The notes under the pieces were generated by a model that did not search any database, was not told the DNA's origin, and worked only from the letters and a program-made list of their open reading frames with translations. From Fonticula alba ATCC 38817 (taxonomy: Eukaryota; Protista; Nucleariida): a DNA stretch of 48,832 nucleotides. The stretch is taken from NCBI GenBank assembly GCA_000388065.2, contig KB932202.1. One strand, 5' to 3'. A program made the translations under genes and the position numbers. The stretch's first letter is position 1. Each line of letters starts with the position of its first letter. Below are positions 12,216-24,278 of this stretch, piece after piece.

Positions 12216-14573
12216 TCACGCGTGGGCAAGGAAGTCCCGCACAGAGGCTAGACACCACCAGGCGACGCCGCCCGCGGCGATATGATTGAGCAGAGAGCTG
12301 AAGGCCTTCCGGCGCTTCTCGATGACTGTCTCGTTGAAGCGCTCTGGGCGACGCAGGAACAAGAGCCAGAGGGGAGGTCAGAGAAGGAAGGTCAACGTGG
12401 CAAGCTGAAGCTCCCTCGGGAGGGGAAACACACCGGAGGGGGCGAAGATCGTCCGTCCGGGGAGGGTGGGAATCCGATCGATCAGCTTGTCTAGGTCGGC
12501 CCGGGTGGTGGTCGTCTCGTCGGAGATCTTCAGTGCACCGGAGGCGATCTCCTCGACCAGGGCCCGGCGAAAGGCCCGGAAGTCGGAATACCGCTTGCGG
12601 AACAGCATGGTCACCACGGGCGGCGAGTGCACATCAAACGAGGGTCCGGCCTCGAGCTCCCGGTCTCCGGAAAGTGAAGCCACGGCCGGCATGTTGGTCT
12701 GAGTCGTGGGCAAGACGAGCAGAAAGGGCGAGCAGAAGGGGCGAGCAGAAGGGGCGAGCAGAAAGGGCGAGCAGAAGGGGCGAGCAGAAGAGGCGAGCAG
12801 AAAGGGCGAGCAGAAAGGGCGATTGGCCCGGGCGGGAGGGAGAGGGGGAGGAGGAAACACCAAAGGAGCCGAGGGAACCAGAGCAACAGCGGACCGGGGC
12901 GACAGGGCGAGGGAGCCACAGAGCAGCAGAACAACAGACAGAGCGGCAGAGGGCCGCAGTCACAGCGCAAAACCCAAGGGGTTAGCACATGAGCAGAGAG
13001 CCTGCAGCGTGAAGGAGTGCACGGGCACACGCGCACCGTAATCGAAATCAGGTAGGTGGTGAAGTTCTCCGAGGAAACGGGATTCAGCCGGCGCTTGGAT
13101 GGCGTCGGGGGCGAATCGGGACTGGCTGCTGACGAGGCGCCACCAGGCGTGTCGCGCCGATCCTCGGCCCCTCCTTCGGGCGAGCTGGCGCCCTCGGTGA
13201 CGGCCGAGATGTCCGAGCAGACTGACGCCTCGCTGGCGGTCGAGGCCGACCGGCTGGGCCCAATCGCTGAGGACCCGCCCCCGGTGGCAACGACCACCGT
13301 GTGCAAGTCCTCCTCTAAAGCCTCATTGGCCATGAGGGTGCGTGGGTCCGAGACGGCGATCTCCACAAAGTAGGAGGACGTTCCCTCGCACGCGGCCGGC
13401 GGGAGGTCCTCGTACTCGAGCTCCTGCATGTGTGCGCGCATGCGTGCATGTGTGCGTGCACCGCCCCCGGGGGAAAAAAACCCCACGAGTCAAGGCAGGG
13501 AGACGGGCGGAAGGAGGCAGGGTCAGAGGCTGGCTTCGGGCAACGTGCATCTGTACAGGGGGGAGGAGGGGCAACAGGCCCCCCCCCCCCCCTAGGGTCG
13601 GGGAAAACGCACGCGCTCCGAGTCGAAGGAGGAGGTGGACCGCGAGCGCGGGGGGGGCACCTTGCGCGAGGGCTCCGGCGCGATGCGTGCCGAAAAGGCC
13701 AAGTGCTTGTACTTCAGCAGGGTCCACTTGTGCATGGCACTGTGGACGAGGGGCAAGGCATGGAAGGAGGCAGGAGCGTCAGAGGTCGCCCCGGGGACAG
13801 CGCCGTCGGCCGGCGGAAGGGGGCCGAAAGAAAAGGAACATGCCACAGCCATCACATACTGGTAGCTGACATTCTCCGGGAGGCTCCATGCGCCGGATGG
13901 CGCCAGGGCCAGCAGCCGGGTGTTGACTCGCGTGTTGCCGCCATGCCGGGCAAGTTGCTGCGCGTGCGAGCATGCGCCCACGCCGAGCGGCGAATCCCGC
14001 GAAGGGATGGCGAGCCCAGGGTCAGCAAGGGGGGGGGCTGGTGGCCGGAGGGGCACAACCGGTCGGAAGGCCGGCCGACAGGAGGAGGAGGAGGAGGAAA
14101 GAAAGAAGAACCCACCCCGGCCGCGGGCGCACCGTGATGCTGGCCTGGTCCCAGGTGTCCAGGTCGAGCCCGCGCACGCGGGTCACATCCACGCCGATGG
14201 ACCGGTGGATGCCGGCGCATCGGGTGCACAAGACCGTGCCAAAGGTGACCGACACCCAGCGCGGGGGGGCGCCCCGGTGGTCGTCCGGCCCGGCCAGCCG
14301 GCGCAGGGCCGCCTCCGTCGGCGAGATGGTGGCCGGGTAGAAGTGCCGACTCCGGGCGGACGGGAAGGGCCCGACCCCGGCGTGGCAGTCGGCGCACCGG
14401 GTGTTGAAGGGATCTGCCGCCAGGACGGTGTTCAGGGCTTCGCGCGCGTCCGCCTCCGCCAGCCGGGTGAGCTGCTGCTCGGACAGGCCGCACGGCAGGA
14501 GGGGTGTCCCATCGGGGGCGGCCCCGGGCGAGGCGGCGGAGGCTATCGGGGGGGCGGCGGCGGCGGCGGACAT
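12216..14573 (-). CDS. ArfGAP zinc-finger + C-terminal PX-domain protein, 5 exons, ~521 aa
   Basis: Exons 14573-14133, 13957-13613, 13423-13037, 12698-12434 and 12343-12216 are in frame. ArfGAP motifs: NTRCADC...WVSVTFGTVLCTRCAGIHRSIG...RVRGLDLDTW, GGNTRVN, LLKYKHLAF. PX motifs: FTTYLISIT, RKRYSDFRAFRRAL, PTLPGR, ERFNETVIEKRRKAFSSLL, VRDFL. Confidence 0.85.
12717..12820. repeat. 8 x 13-bp tandem repeat GAGCAGAARRGGC in an intron
   Basis: Eight consecutive units read directly, inside predicted intron 13036-12699, where they form a pyrimidine-rich tract on the sense strand. Confidence 0.95.
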
Positions 14574-16221
14574 AGGGCAAGAGGTGTGTCGGGGGCCGGG
14601 GACAGGGAGAGAGAAAGGGGGCGGGGGAGCGAGAAGAGGAAGCAGGTGATAGGATGGGAGAGGCGGGCGTGGAGAGGGTGCAGCGGCGAGGGATTGCAGG
14701 CGACCAGGAGGCGCTCGGACCCGATGAGGCGACATTTTCACGCCCGCAGCCACCCTCGCCGGCATCAGCGGCAGGGGGACACCGGAGAAGGGAGCAGGCG
14801 CGGGGGCGGGGGCAAGGGGGCGGGGGGATGGGAGGACCTCCCTTGTCTCTCGGAGCCAGCTCGCATCTCGCTGGTCGGTTGGCAAGTACCGCACGGGAGG
14901 CGATGATCGCCCCGCCCGGGGGAGAGCCAGCCCCTCTGCCCCGTCCCCTGGGGCAGGGGGGCCGACGAGACTGGACGTGGAAAGCAGGGCGATCGCCCGG
15001 CCGCGAGGGCGCCCTCTGTTTACACATGCCTGGGGCCCGAGAGTGGCCGCGGCCCGGCCCCCATACCCCGGCTGTTGGGGCGCGCCCGGCAGGGACACGC
15101 CTGCACATTCCCCTGACGAGGGCGCCCCCAACGCCCGGGGGGAGGGCCACCGAAGGGGCGGGGCGCGAGCGAGAGTGCGAGGGAGCAAGAGATCAGGCCG
15201 CGCGCCCGCACACCCCCGGCGCGCGCCCGGTCCGCCCGGCCCCAGGGTGGCTGGCATTTTTAACCACCACCACCACCACCACCACCACCAAGCAGCCCCT
15301 GAAAAGACACGCGCACTTGGGGCCAGAGGGACGGTGGCGGGGGGGGGGGGGGGGGGGGGGCGCGGGGCCGGAGCAGCACCGGCGCCCTGGGACGTGGGAG
15401 ACCCTGCTCGCGGAGGACCGGCCCCGGCCGGTTGTTTTCTTTTGCCCCACCCGATCGCGCAGGGTCAGTCACCCGCCCCGCGGAGGAGGACGGGGGAAGA
15501 TACACCATGCGCCGACGGACGCGCCGGCGCGGCCCGGTCCCCTCGCCGGACCGCCGGAAGTCAGCCCCGGGCATGCGCATCCCAAAGCCCAGGCCCGGGG
15601 GGGGGGGGGGGGGGACCGTGACTGGCACGCCGCAGGGCCGGGATGCGGGCGCACCGGCGCCGGACCGCGCCCCGCTCGCCCCAGCCGGCCGACACGCTAA
15701 AGCACCGACAGAGAGAGGCCGGGCCGCTAAAAAGCCCAGTAGCCGCCGGCGGGCCGGGCGATCGCACGCCAAAGCTCCTGCCCCCCATCCCCCTCTGGGG
15801 GGGGGGGGGGGCTCCTCCCCTTCCCGGGGGGCGGGCGGGCAGGCGGGCTAGCATGGGGAGAAACGCGCTTGAGCCCCCCCCTGTGCGTGTCGCCCTGCCA
15901 GCTCCCCCCCTTGCACAAGGTGCGGCGCGGGGGGGGGGGGGGGTGGCTCGCATGAAAGGCGCACCCGGGGGGGGGATGCGCTGGCGGCATTCGCAGCCCA
16001 CCACCCCCGAGAGGCGGGAGACGAGCGGATGGCGGTGCTCGGGAGGCGCACATGATACGCGCGGGGGCGTGCCTGGCGGAATGATATTGCCCATTTGTGG
16101 ACACATTCTCCGCCGAAGGTGTGGGTAAAATCCGCGAGCCCGACCGGCGGGCGCGCTGCTAAACTCAAAGCCCGCTAGATGCGTCGGCAGTCGCACGGGC
16201 GACTGTTCCACAAAGCGGGCT

Positions 16222-16229
16222 CTTTTATA
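16222..16229 (-). promoter_or_regulatory. Candidate TATA box (TATAAAAG on the minus strand) in the divergent ArfGAP-PX / spastizin intergenic region
   Basis: Forward cttttata; exact TATAWAWR match in an otherwise very GC-rich region. Function is inferred only. Confidence 0.35.
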
Positions 16230-16823
16230 TTCGGCTCAACATTCGCGTCAACCCTGCCCGGGGAGGAGGGCCCGGTTCATGTGCGACGGAGGGGCGAGGC
16301 CCGGCACCGGGCGCGCAGGGCCCGGCGGCCGCTTGGCATGTGCGGCGGTCGGTCGCAGAGGACACACCCCGGGTCCCTTTGCCGAGGCGACCCGAGCGTT
16401 GGGATGTTGGGATGTTGTTTTCCCCTCCGTCCGGCGCGCGCGCGCGTCCCGGTGCCCAGGCCCTCTCTCCCGGAGGCCCTCCCAGAGGGGCGCCGATGTT
16501 CGACTCCGCGCCTGGTCCCCTCTGCCCCCGGCGCATCCCGGCCCGCTCGGCTCGGCTCCCCCCAAGACCGGAGAGGGCCACAGCCGGGGGGGGGGGGGGG
16601 GGGCGCATTTCAGCTGCCGCGATCTGGGCCCGACGCCGGCCAGGCAGCGTGCTTCAGTGCCCCCGCCCCCCTTCCCCCCCCCTCTCTCTCTCTCTCTCTC
16701 CCTCTCCCTCTCTCTCGCCCCCCCCCACCCCCCCCCCCCTGAGCCACGGGCACCCTCGGCTTGTCCCCATCTCTCCCCCTTGGCCCCCTCCGTCCGCCAC
16801 TGCCCACTTAGCCAGCCCGTCGG

Positions 16824-19800
16824 ATGGCCGAGACGGTGTCCGCCTCGCCAGTCTCCGACGCGCGCCAGGCGCCGGCCACCCTCTCGCCGGGCACTTCCGC
16901 CATGGGGGCACCCCCCCTGCCGCCGGCGGTGGATGAGACCCTGGCCTTCAGCTTCATCTCGGCCGATGACTGCTCGCGGTCGCGGTCGCTGCGCATCGGT
17001 GTCAACCACTTGTCGGTGGGCCGCTGGTCACTGGCCAACCTTGCCTTCCACTATGCGTGCGGCGTGTCGCGCGGGGCCGCCCCGCCTGGCGCCCTGTCCG
17101 ACCGCAGCAAGGCCCCCGGTGCCGAGGACGATCCGGCCCCCGGGCCCGGTGCCGAGGCCGACACCGAGGATGCCCCGGACGCCGGGGCCCCGGTGCTCAG
17201 CCCGGCCGAGTGCCGGCAGCGGGTGCTTGACCTCCTCCGGCGCTTGGCCGATGAGGGCCCGCCCGGGCACTGGCCGGTGTCCCTGGCCCCGCTGCCACTG
17301 CTGCTGCAGCTTCGCTGGCAGTGCCTGACCGAGTGGCGCATGCTGAGCGGCTTCTTCGCTTCGACCCCGGGGCCGGAGGCCGCCGACCAGCCGATCGACG
17401 CCCGGCGCTTCACCTCCCACCTGCCGGCCCTGACGGCCGGCGACCGGCTGCTGGAGTTCCAGCTGCTGATCAGCCACCTGATGTGCCACCAGGGGGCCAT
17501 CCTGGCGCAGCGGGCCCCGGCCGATGACTCGGCGGCCAGCTTCACCCCGGTGCCGCCGGACGCCATGGGGGCGGCCGCGGCCGCCTCGGCAGCCGCCACC
17601 CCCGGCCACGCCCCGCCGCGCGCCCCCTTCTGGCCCAACTCCGCCTCCACGGATATCTCCCTCTCGCCGGATGGGCAGTTTGGCAGTGCCACCCTCTCGG
17701 ACACGAGCTCCTTCTCGCGGGTGTCCTCGCCGACGGTCTTCTCCCTGTCGTCGGTGCGCTCTTGGCCGGCCGGTTGGGGGGTTTCCCTTTCTCGCTTTGC
17801 TCGCCCGCTCGCCCACATCCGGCTCACTCCCCGAATGTCCCTCTCTCTCTCTCTCTCACACACACAAAAACACAAAAACACAAAAACACGCATCCACGCG
17901 CGCCCCAATGACGCCTGTCTGTCTTGTGACACCCGCGTCTGCTCGTGGGCGTTCGGGCTCCCCCCCCCCCCCCCCCCCCTCTCTCTCCCCCCGCCCGGAC
18001 CCTTGCTCAAACAGGGCCAGCGCGAGTGTCTCGATGACTTGAGCGCCTTCTTCGGGCGGATTTCCGCCCTGTGGCTGGATCGCAGCCGGCTGGCCGGGGT
18101 CCCCGGGCTGCATGAGCACCTGCAAGCCTCACTCGGGGCCCTACTGCCGGGGCTGACCGGGGCCGCCGGGCAGCCCGGCTCGGTGGTCTTCCCGGCCGAG
18201 CCGCAATTGACCAAGGCCAGCCTCCATTGGCTGGCGGACCTGATGGTCCGGGACCCGCTCAGCACGTGCATGGTTCTGGAGCGCCTTCACCTGCCGGCCA
18301 TCCCGGTGCTGTGGCTGAGCCACCTGCCGGCGGCGCTGCTGGGCAATGGCCCGGCGGCCGGGGCCACGGCGACGGCGGCCGGCCCGGCAGCCGGCCCTGG
18401 CGTCGCGCCCGGCCGCGGAGGGGCCGGCGTCGCGCCGGCCCTGACGGCAGGCTCGCTGGTGGCCGCGGCGCCGGCCGCCCTGCAGCCCGCCCTGCGGGAC
18501 CTGCATGGCTGGCTGCAATCGCGTGTCCTGCTGGCCCGGACGCTGATCCTCCTGCAGCGGGTGGCCCGCGAGGCGGTGCTCGACTCCCTGGGCAACCTGC
18601 AGGCGGCCCTCGGGGCCGGGGGCCCGGCGGCCGCCGGCGCGGCCGGGGCTCTGGCCACCGATGCGCCGAGCCCCGCGTCCGTGGCATCGCACATCCGCAC
18701 GCTCCTGCGGCTGGTGGGCCTGCTCCGCATGCCGGAGGCCTCGGTGTCCGAGCTGCTGGCCCGGGCCGCGGCCCTGGGCGCCCCCGGCGGCCTGGGCTAT
18801 GGTGCCAGTGCCGGCACCGGGCGCACCCTGCCGGCCGCCGGCTCGGCCGCCCTCCCCATGGCCCCGGACCACGAAGTCACCCTGCTTAAGGACCTGCTGC
18901 ACACCCTGGCCCGGCTGGTGGTGCAGCTGACCGAGCCGGGCGGCCCGGCGGCCACCTGGGCCGCCGACCTCCGGACCTCGGTCTATGAGGCCCTTGTCCG
19001 GGCCCCGGCCCCGGTGGGCCTCTTTGTCAGTGCCCCGCTCCCTCGGCACATGGAGCTCTATCCGCCGGTGGGCGCCGCATCCACCACCCTGCTGAATATG
19101 TTCTCCCAGGTGGAGCTCCAGGTGTTTGTACGTGCCGTCTGCCTGGCGTCCTCTCGCCCCCCGCCCCCGCCCCCCCTCTGCCTGCCTGCCTGCCTGCCTA
19201 CCTGCCTGCCTGCCGATGGATGCCACCGGCATGTCCCCTGATCTGCGGTTCCCTGACTTGCTCCCGCTTGCGGCCGCCCCTCTTCGCCCCCGCCCCCCCC
19301 CCCCTCCCCCACGTCTGGCAACCCGTCACCAGCGCGACAAGTCGGCCCAGCTGCTTGGGCGCTTCCACCAAACGCCCCACACGCGCCCGGGCGATGAGGC
19401 CCCCCCGCTTGCGGCCTATCTCGGGCACCTGTCGCTGGTTCTGCTGGCCGGCCGGGTGCACACCAACCAAACCGTCATGACGGAGCATCTGCTGGAGCGC
19501 CTGGTTCGACTGGCCGGGGACGCGGTGCGAGCCGGGGACCCGGCCGCCGTCGGGCGCCTGGTCCGGGAGCTCCCGTATGTCGGCGGCGCGGGGGCCGAGG
19601 CTGGCTCTCCGTTGGCCGAGCGCCGCTGGCGCAAGACCCTGGCGCAGTTCCTGCTGCTGGCCATCTGGCCCCTGACCACGCCCGGCTTGGCAGATGCCTC
19701 CGGGGTGGCCCTGCCCCTGGAGGCGATCACCGGCCCCGGCCCGGGGGATGGGTCCTCCTCGTCCGGGTCCCTGCACTCGCCCCTGTCCTCGGCCTCGTCT

Positions 19801-20493
19801 TCGGGCGATGTCCATTCCCCCCTGCCCGGGGCCGGGAGTGGGGCCGAGGAGGTCCACCTCGGCTCGCAGCTCCTGACCGCATTGTCCTTTGCCTTCGATC
19901 CGCTGGACGCTCCGGCCCCGGTCCCGGCCCCGGCCCCGGGTCTGAGCGGCCGCCGGCCGCGCTCCTCGGGGTCCACCCGGGCCGGCTCGCCGCCGGCCAG
20001 CTCCGGGTCCAGCCCTCCGGCCGGGCGCCTGGCGCGTTCCAACACCCAGGACAGCTTCGAGAGCAGCATGCTGCAGGGCCTGGCCACCGGGGCCGCCGGT
20101 GGCCCGGCTCTCTCGCCGCCGCTGGCCTCGCCGCTCATGCTCAGCGAGGACTCCTCGCCGGTGGACGACTTCCCGCAGCCGGCGCCGGTTTGGACCTTGG
20201 CCGGTGCCGGTGCGCGGGCTGGCGCCCGGCCCCGCCCTGCCATGCCCTCGGCCGACATGGTGTACACGCCGCCGGCCGGGGCCTGGATGGCGGCGGCCTG
20301 CCAGTCACTGCTGGGCGGTGAGACTCCGGGCGACGATCTGGATGCCGCCTGCCGGGTGCTGGCTTGGCGCCAGGCCGCTGCCGAGTGGCTTCTCGGCAGC
20401 GCAAATGCCAGGTCCGTCGGCGCCCCCTCGGCCCCTGGCCCTGGCGCATTGCTGTCACGCGCAGCGCCACTCCTCTGGTCCGGTCACTGACAG

Positions 20494-20525
<32 letters not shown>

Positions 20526-23500
20526 CCCCCCCCTTCCTCGTCTTTGCCCTTCCCCACTGACGGCGAGCAGTGTGGACGCTGCGCGTGCGGTGCGCTCCGG
20601 CGCGAGTCTCGTCTCGGCCTTGGCATACCTGTCGCCAGTCCCCCTGTCGCGGGTGGTGGACTCGCCTCTGGCCGGCGGGTCCGGTGCCGCGCAGTCGCTG
20701 CTCCCGGCATTGAGCCAGCTTCTGGAGAATCGGCCGCACCCGGTCGGGGCGGAGCTGCTCCTACCGCAGGATGAGGTGCGCTTTCCCCCCCATCACCCTC
20801 GGCTCTTCCTCTTCTCCTTCCCTCCGCCACACCCAGCCTCCCTCTTCTCTCGCTGCTCCCTTCTCGATGTCACCTCTGGCGCCCTGGCTAATCGTCACCT
20901 CCTTTCGCCCTTGCTTCCTGGCCCCTGCCACTGGGCTCGCCTGCAGCTGGATCGCCATGCTCTCATGGAGCGGCGGGGCTTCCATGCCCTGGCGGCGGCC
21001 TCCAACGCCGCGGCTCTCGTGTCGCACCTCCCCCCGTCGGAGCTGGCTGAGAGTCAGGCCTCGCGAGTGGTCTCGACTCGGTCCTCGAGGTCGTCCTCGC
21101 TGTCGTCCTCGCGGTCGTCCTCCTTCTCCCTCGGCCCGTCGGGGCTGGGCGGGCCGGGCTTCGCGGTGAATGCCCCGGGGGCACTCCATCCCCCGGGGCT
21201 TCCGGCCCCGGCGGTGGCGGCCACCCCGGCGCCGCTGCCCGAGCTCCCGGCCGAGGAGGTGGCCGCCCGGCAGGCGGCCCTTCGGGAGCACCTTGCCCGG
21301 GCGGTCTGCTCTTCGGGCCGGTGCGTCAAGCCCGGCCCCTGCGACCCGGCTGCCTGCCCGACGGATCACCTGGCGGTCGATGCCCTGGAGTTGGTGTTTA
21401 GCTGTCTGCTCCTCCGGCGGCTGGACATCGGCCCGCTGCGTGGCGGTGGGCTCGGGTCCTCCTCGATGGACGATCTGTTCGATGACCCGCTGGGCCAGGG
21501 GCCGCAGTCCCAGGCACAGCGCCAGCAATTTGTCAGCCCGCCATCCGGGGCCATCGCCATCATGGCGGTGCTGGGGGAGTTGCTGGGCCAGCCGGCCAGT
21601 GACCCGGGTCGGTCCGGGGCTCCCCCGCCGGCGGCCACCAGCCCCGGCATCCTGCATGACGAGACGGAGGCCGGGCGCCTGAGTCGACTGGCTGGCCTTT
21701 GCCGGGAGCTGTCCTGGCGGCTGACCGCCGTGCAGCAGATCGTGGCCGGCGGCGAGGACGCCGACACCGGTGGCGAGGCCCTGGCCGCGGCGGCCGCCGA
21801 GTCGGGCGGCTTGCTGCCGGTCCTGGCGGCCTCGCCGCGGAACCTCATCTCGGCCTCCCTGCGCGCTGGGCACCTGGACTTGGCCCTGTGGATCCTGTCG
21901 GCGACGTCGTCGGGCGGCCCGGGCGGCTCGGCCGGCGCGGTGCCGGGCTCGCCGCGATCCAGCCTCGTGGAGCTGGAGGCTCACTCGACCGTCGGCCAGG
22001 CTGCCCTGTCCCACCGGCTGACGGCGTCCGGTGCCGGCGGCGTGGCGGCCCATGCCTCGGAGGCGGCGCTGACGCTGCTGGAGCAGGCACGCGTCCACAC
22101 CGAGGCGGCTCTGACGGCCACCGATCGCGTGCGTTCTCCCAGGGTGGAGGGGCGGGGCGGGGGAGATCTTCCATTGGCCGGGTGCTGGCCGCCTCGTGTG
22201 CATCGACTGCTTGCGCTGACCTTCCCTTTCCCTGCCGGCCCGGGGTCTTGCGTGGACGATGGCGCAGGACGCCTCGAGGGCCCTGCTGCTGGAGGCGCGG
22301 CGGCTGCTGACCCAATTGAAGTGCCAGTTCCTGCTGAGCGAGCAGTATGGCTCCGAGGTGGAGGTCGCCCGCGAGGGGAGCGACTTCTTTGAGGGCATCA
22401 CGCCGGCCGCCCTGGAGGCCGCGGCGGCCGAATACTGCCCCCGGGCGTCCGGGGATCTGGTTCGGTGCGCCGGGGATCTGCCCCTGGCCCAGGACTTGGA
22501 TCTGCTGGTGGAGCAGTGTCTCCTCTTCCTGGAGTCCGGCCTGCCGGGGCTGGATGCCGAGGAGGCCGACGGCCTGGCCGGGCCCGGGGCAATCGCCGGG
22601 CAGGCGGCCCCCTTGGCGCCGCTGCTGTCGCGCTGTCTGGACATCTTCCCGCTGCATGCCCTGAGCCCGGCCCTGCGCCAGGAGCAGTGGCGCGTGCTGG
22701 CCGGCATGCGTCGGGCCCTGCTGGCCGCCTCGGAGCTGAGCCAGACGTCATCCGCGCTGCCGGAGGCCAGGTCGGCCGCCGGCGCCGGTGCCGCCACCGA
22801 CGATGACGACGGCGACGACGACGACGACGCCGCCGGCCACCAGGCCCATGGCGACTCGTCCTCCGGGCCGGGTGCCACCACCGGGCCAAGCATCGACCTG
22901 CCCGGGCTCAACCGCCTGGCGGCGGCCCTGCTCAGCTACCCGGCCCGGGTGGGCTTCGGCGATGGCCCCCTCGGGGCCGGGCGCAACTCGGCGGCCACAT
23001 ACTCGCGGCACATCTCCGCCGTGGCGAAGCTCCTGTCCTCGGAGCTCCGCCGGGCCGAGGAGGACCCTGGCAGCCAGGCCCGGCGCCTGGATTTGCTGAC
23101 CATCCGCAATGTGCTGTCCGCCGGCCCGCGCTCCACCGCGCTCACCCTGCTTCTGAAGGGCGAGAGCACCGCGTCGCAAAGTCTCGGTGCGTGTGCCCTG
23201 GCTGTGATGGCGGCCTTCTTGATCCGTCTCTTCTCCCCAATTGCCATCCCTCGCTTGTTGCCTTGCTCGGCCTGCTCCGGCCATTTGCCCATTGCTCACC
23301 GTCCCTCACCCCCCGACCGGCCGTCATGTTCGGTTTTGTCCCCCCCCCCCCCCCCCCCCGGCGCTTCTCCTTTGCCGCGGGCTTGCACACCGCCGGCCAC
23401 ATGCGTGGGGCCAGGTCGGCTTTCCTCCGTCTGTTGCCTCTTCTTTTCTTTTTCCCCCCCGTCCCGCCCCTTCGCCCTCGCTCTATCCCCGTCCCCAGCT

Positions 23501-24224
23501 GGGCGGGGGCGGGTGTGCGAGGGCGTGGATGAATCGCACATGCGGTACTCAACTCGCCGTGCGTAGGCCCCGGGGTCCCCGGAGGCGAGAGATCCCTCTC
23601 CCCCCCCCCCCGATGGCGGGGGCTTCGAAGGTCTTACATGGAGTCCGGGAAGCCGGCCCCCCTTTTTGCCCCCCCCCCCCCCCCCCGCCCCGGCCCGCCG
23701 GTGTTTGCGCGCCCGAAGCCGACTCCCTCAGCCTGGACCTGGTGCAGGTGGTGTCCATGGCCCTGGAGTCCCGGTACCCCGGCGACCCGGCGAAGCATGC
23801 TCGCGGCGGGCCCGAGCTGAACGGCACTTGCGCCGGGACGCCCGCCATGGCTTCGGTCCCCACCTCGGGGCCGGTCAACCTGTCGCTGGTGACTCCGGCC
23901 CCGGGGGAGACCCTCGTCCCGGGGCCCCTGGCGCTGGAGCTGCGCTCGACCGACACCATCGGTGGCGTCCTGTGGCTCCTGCTGCGCACCCTCGGGTCGC
24001 TGGGCCTGGCGGAGGAGGTGGCGTCCATGCGCTCCGGCCCCGGCTCGTCCGCGTCGCTGGCCGGTGCCGGCCCTGGGGCCGTGCCGTTGAAGGACGCGCT
24101 GTTGCTGCCGGCCGAGCGCATCGCCCAGCTCGCTGGTGACCATGCGCGCGGCTCCGGCATCGCCATGCTGGTCCGTTGCCCGGCCCCCTTCATTGTGTCG
24201 CCGCCTCGCCCCACTTGTGGATTA

Positions 24225-24278
<54 letters not shown>

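Noticed and set aside
12717-12820. 13-bp tandem repeats (and the 10-bp repeats at 7901-8045) as CRISPR-like arrays
   Set aside because: The units are directly adjacent with no unique spacers, both arrays are intronic, and there are no cas genes.
16090-16105. ATTTGTGG resembling the U1 snRNA Sm site
   Set aside because: There is no ATACTTACCTG 5' end or U1 stem-loops upstream.
20490-23566. Stops in the ORF track suggesting spastizin is several genes or frameshifted
   Set aside because: Each stop falls inside a predicted GT-AG intron, and exon phases match across every junction checked.
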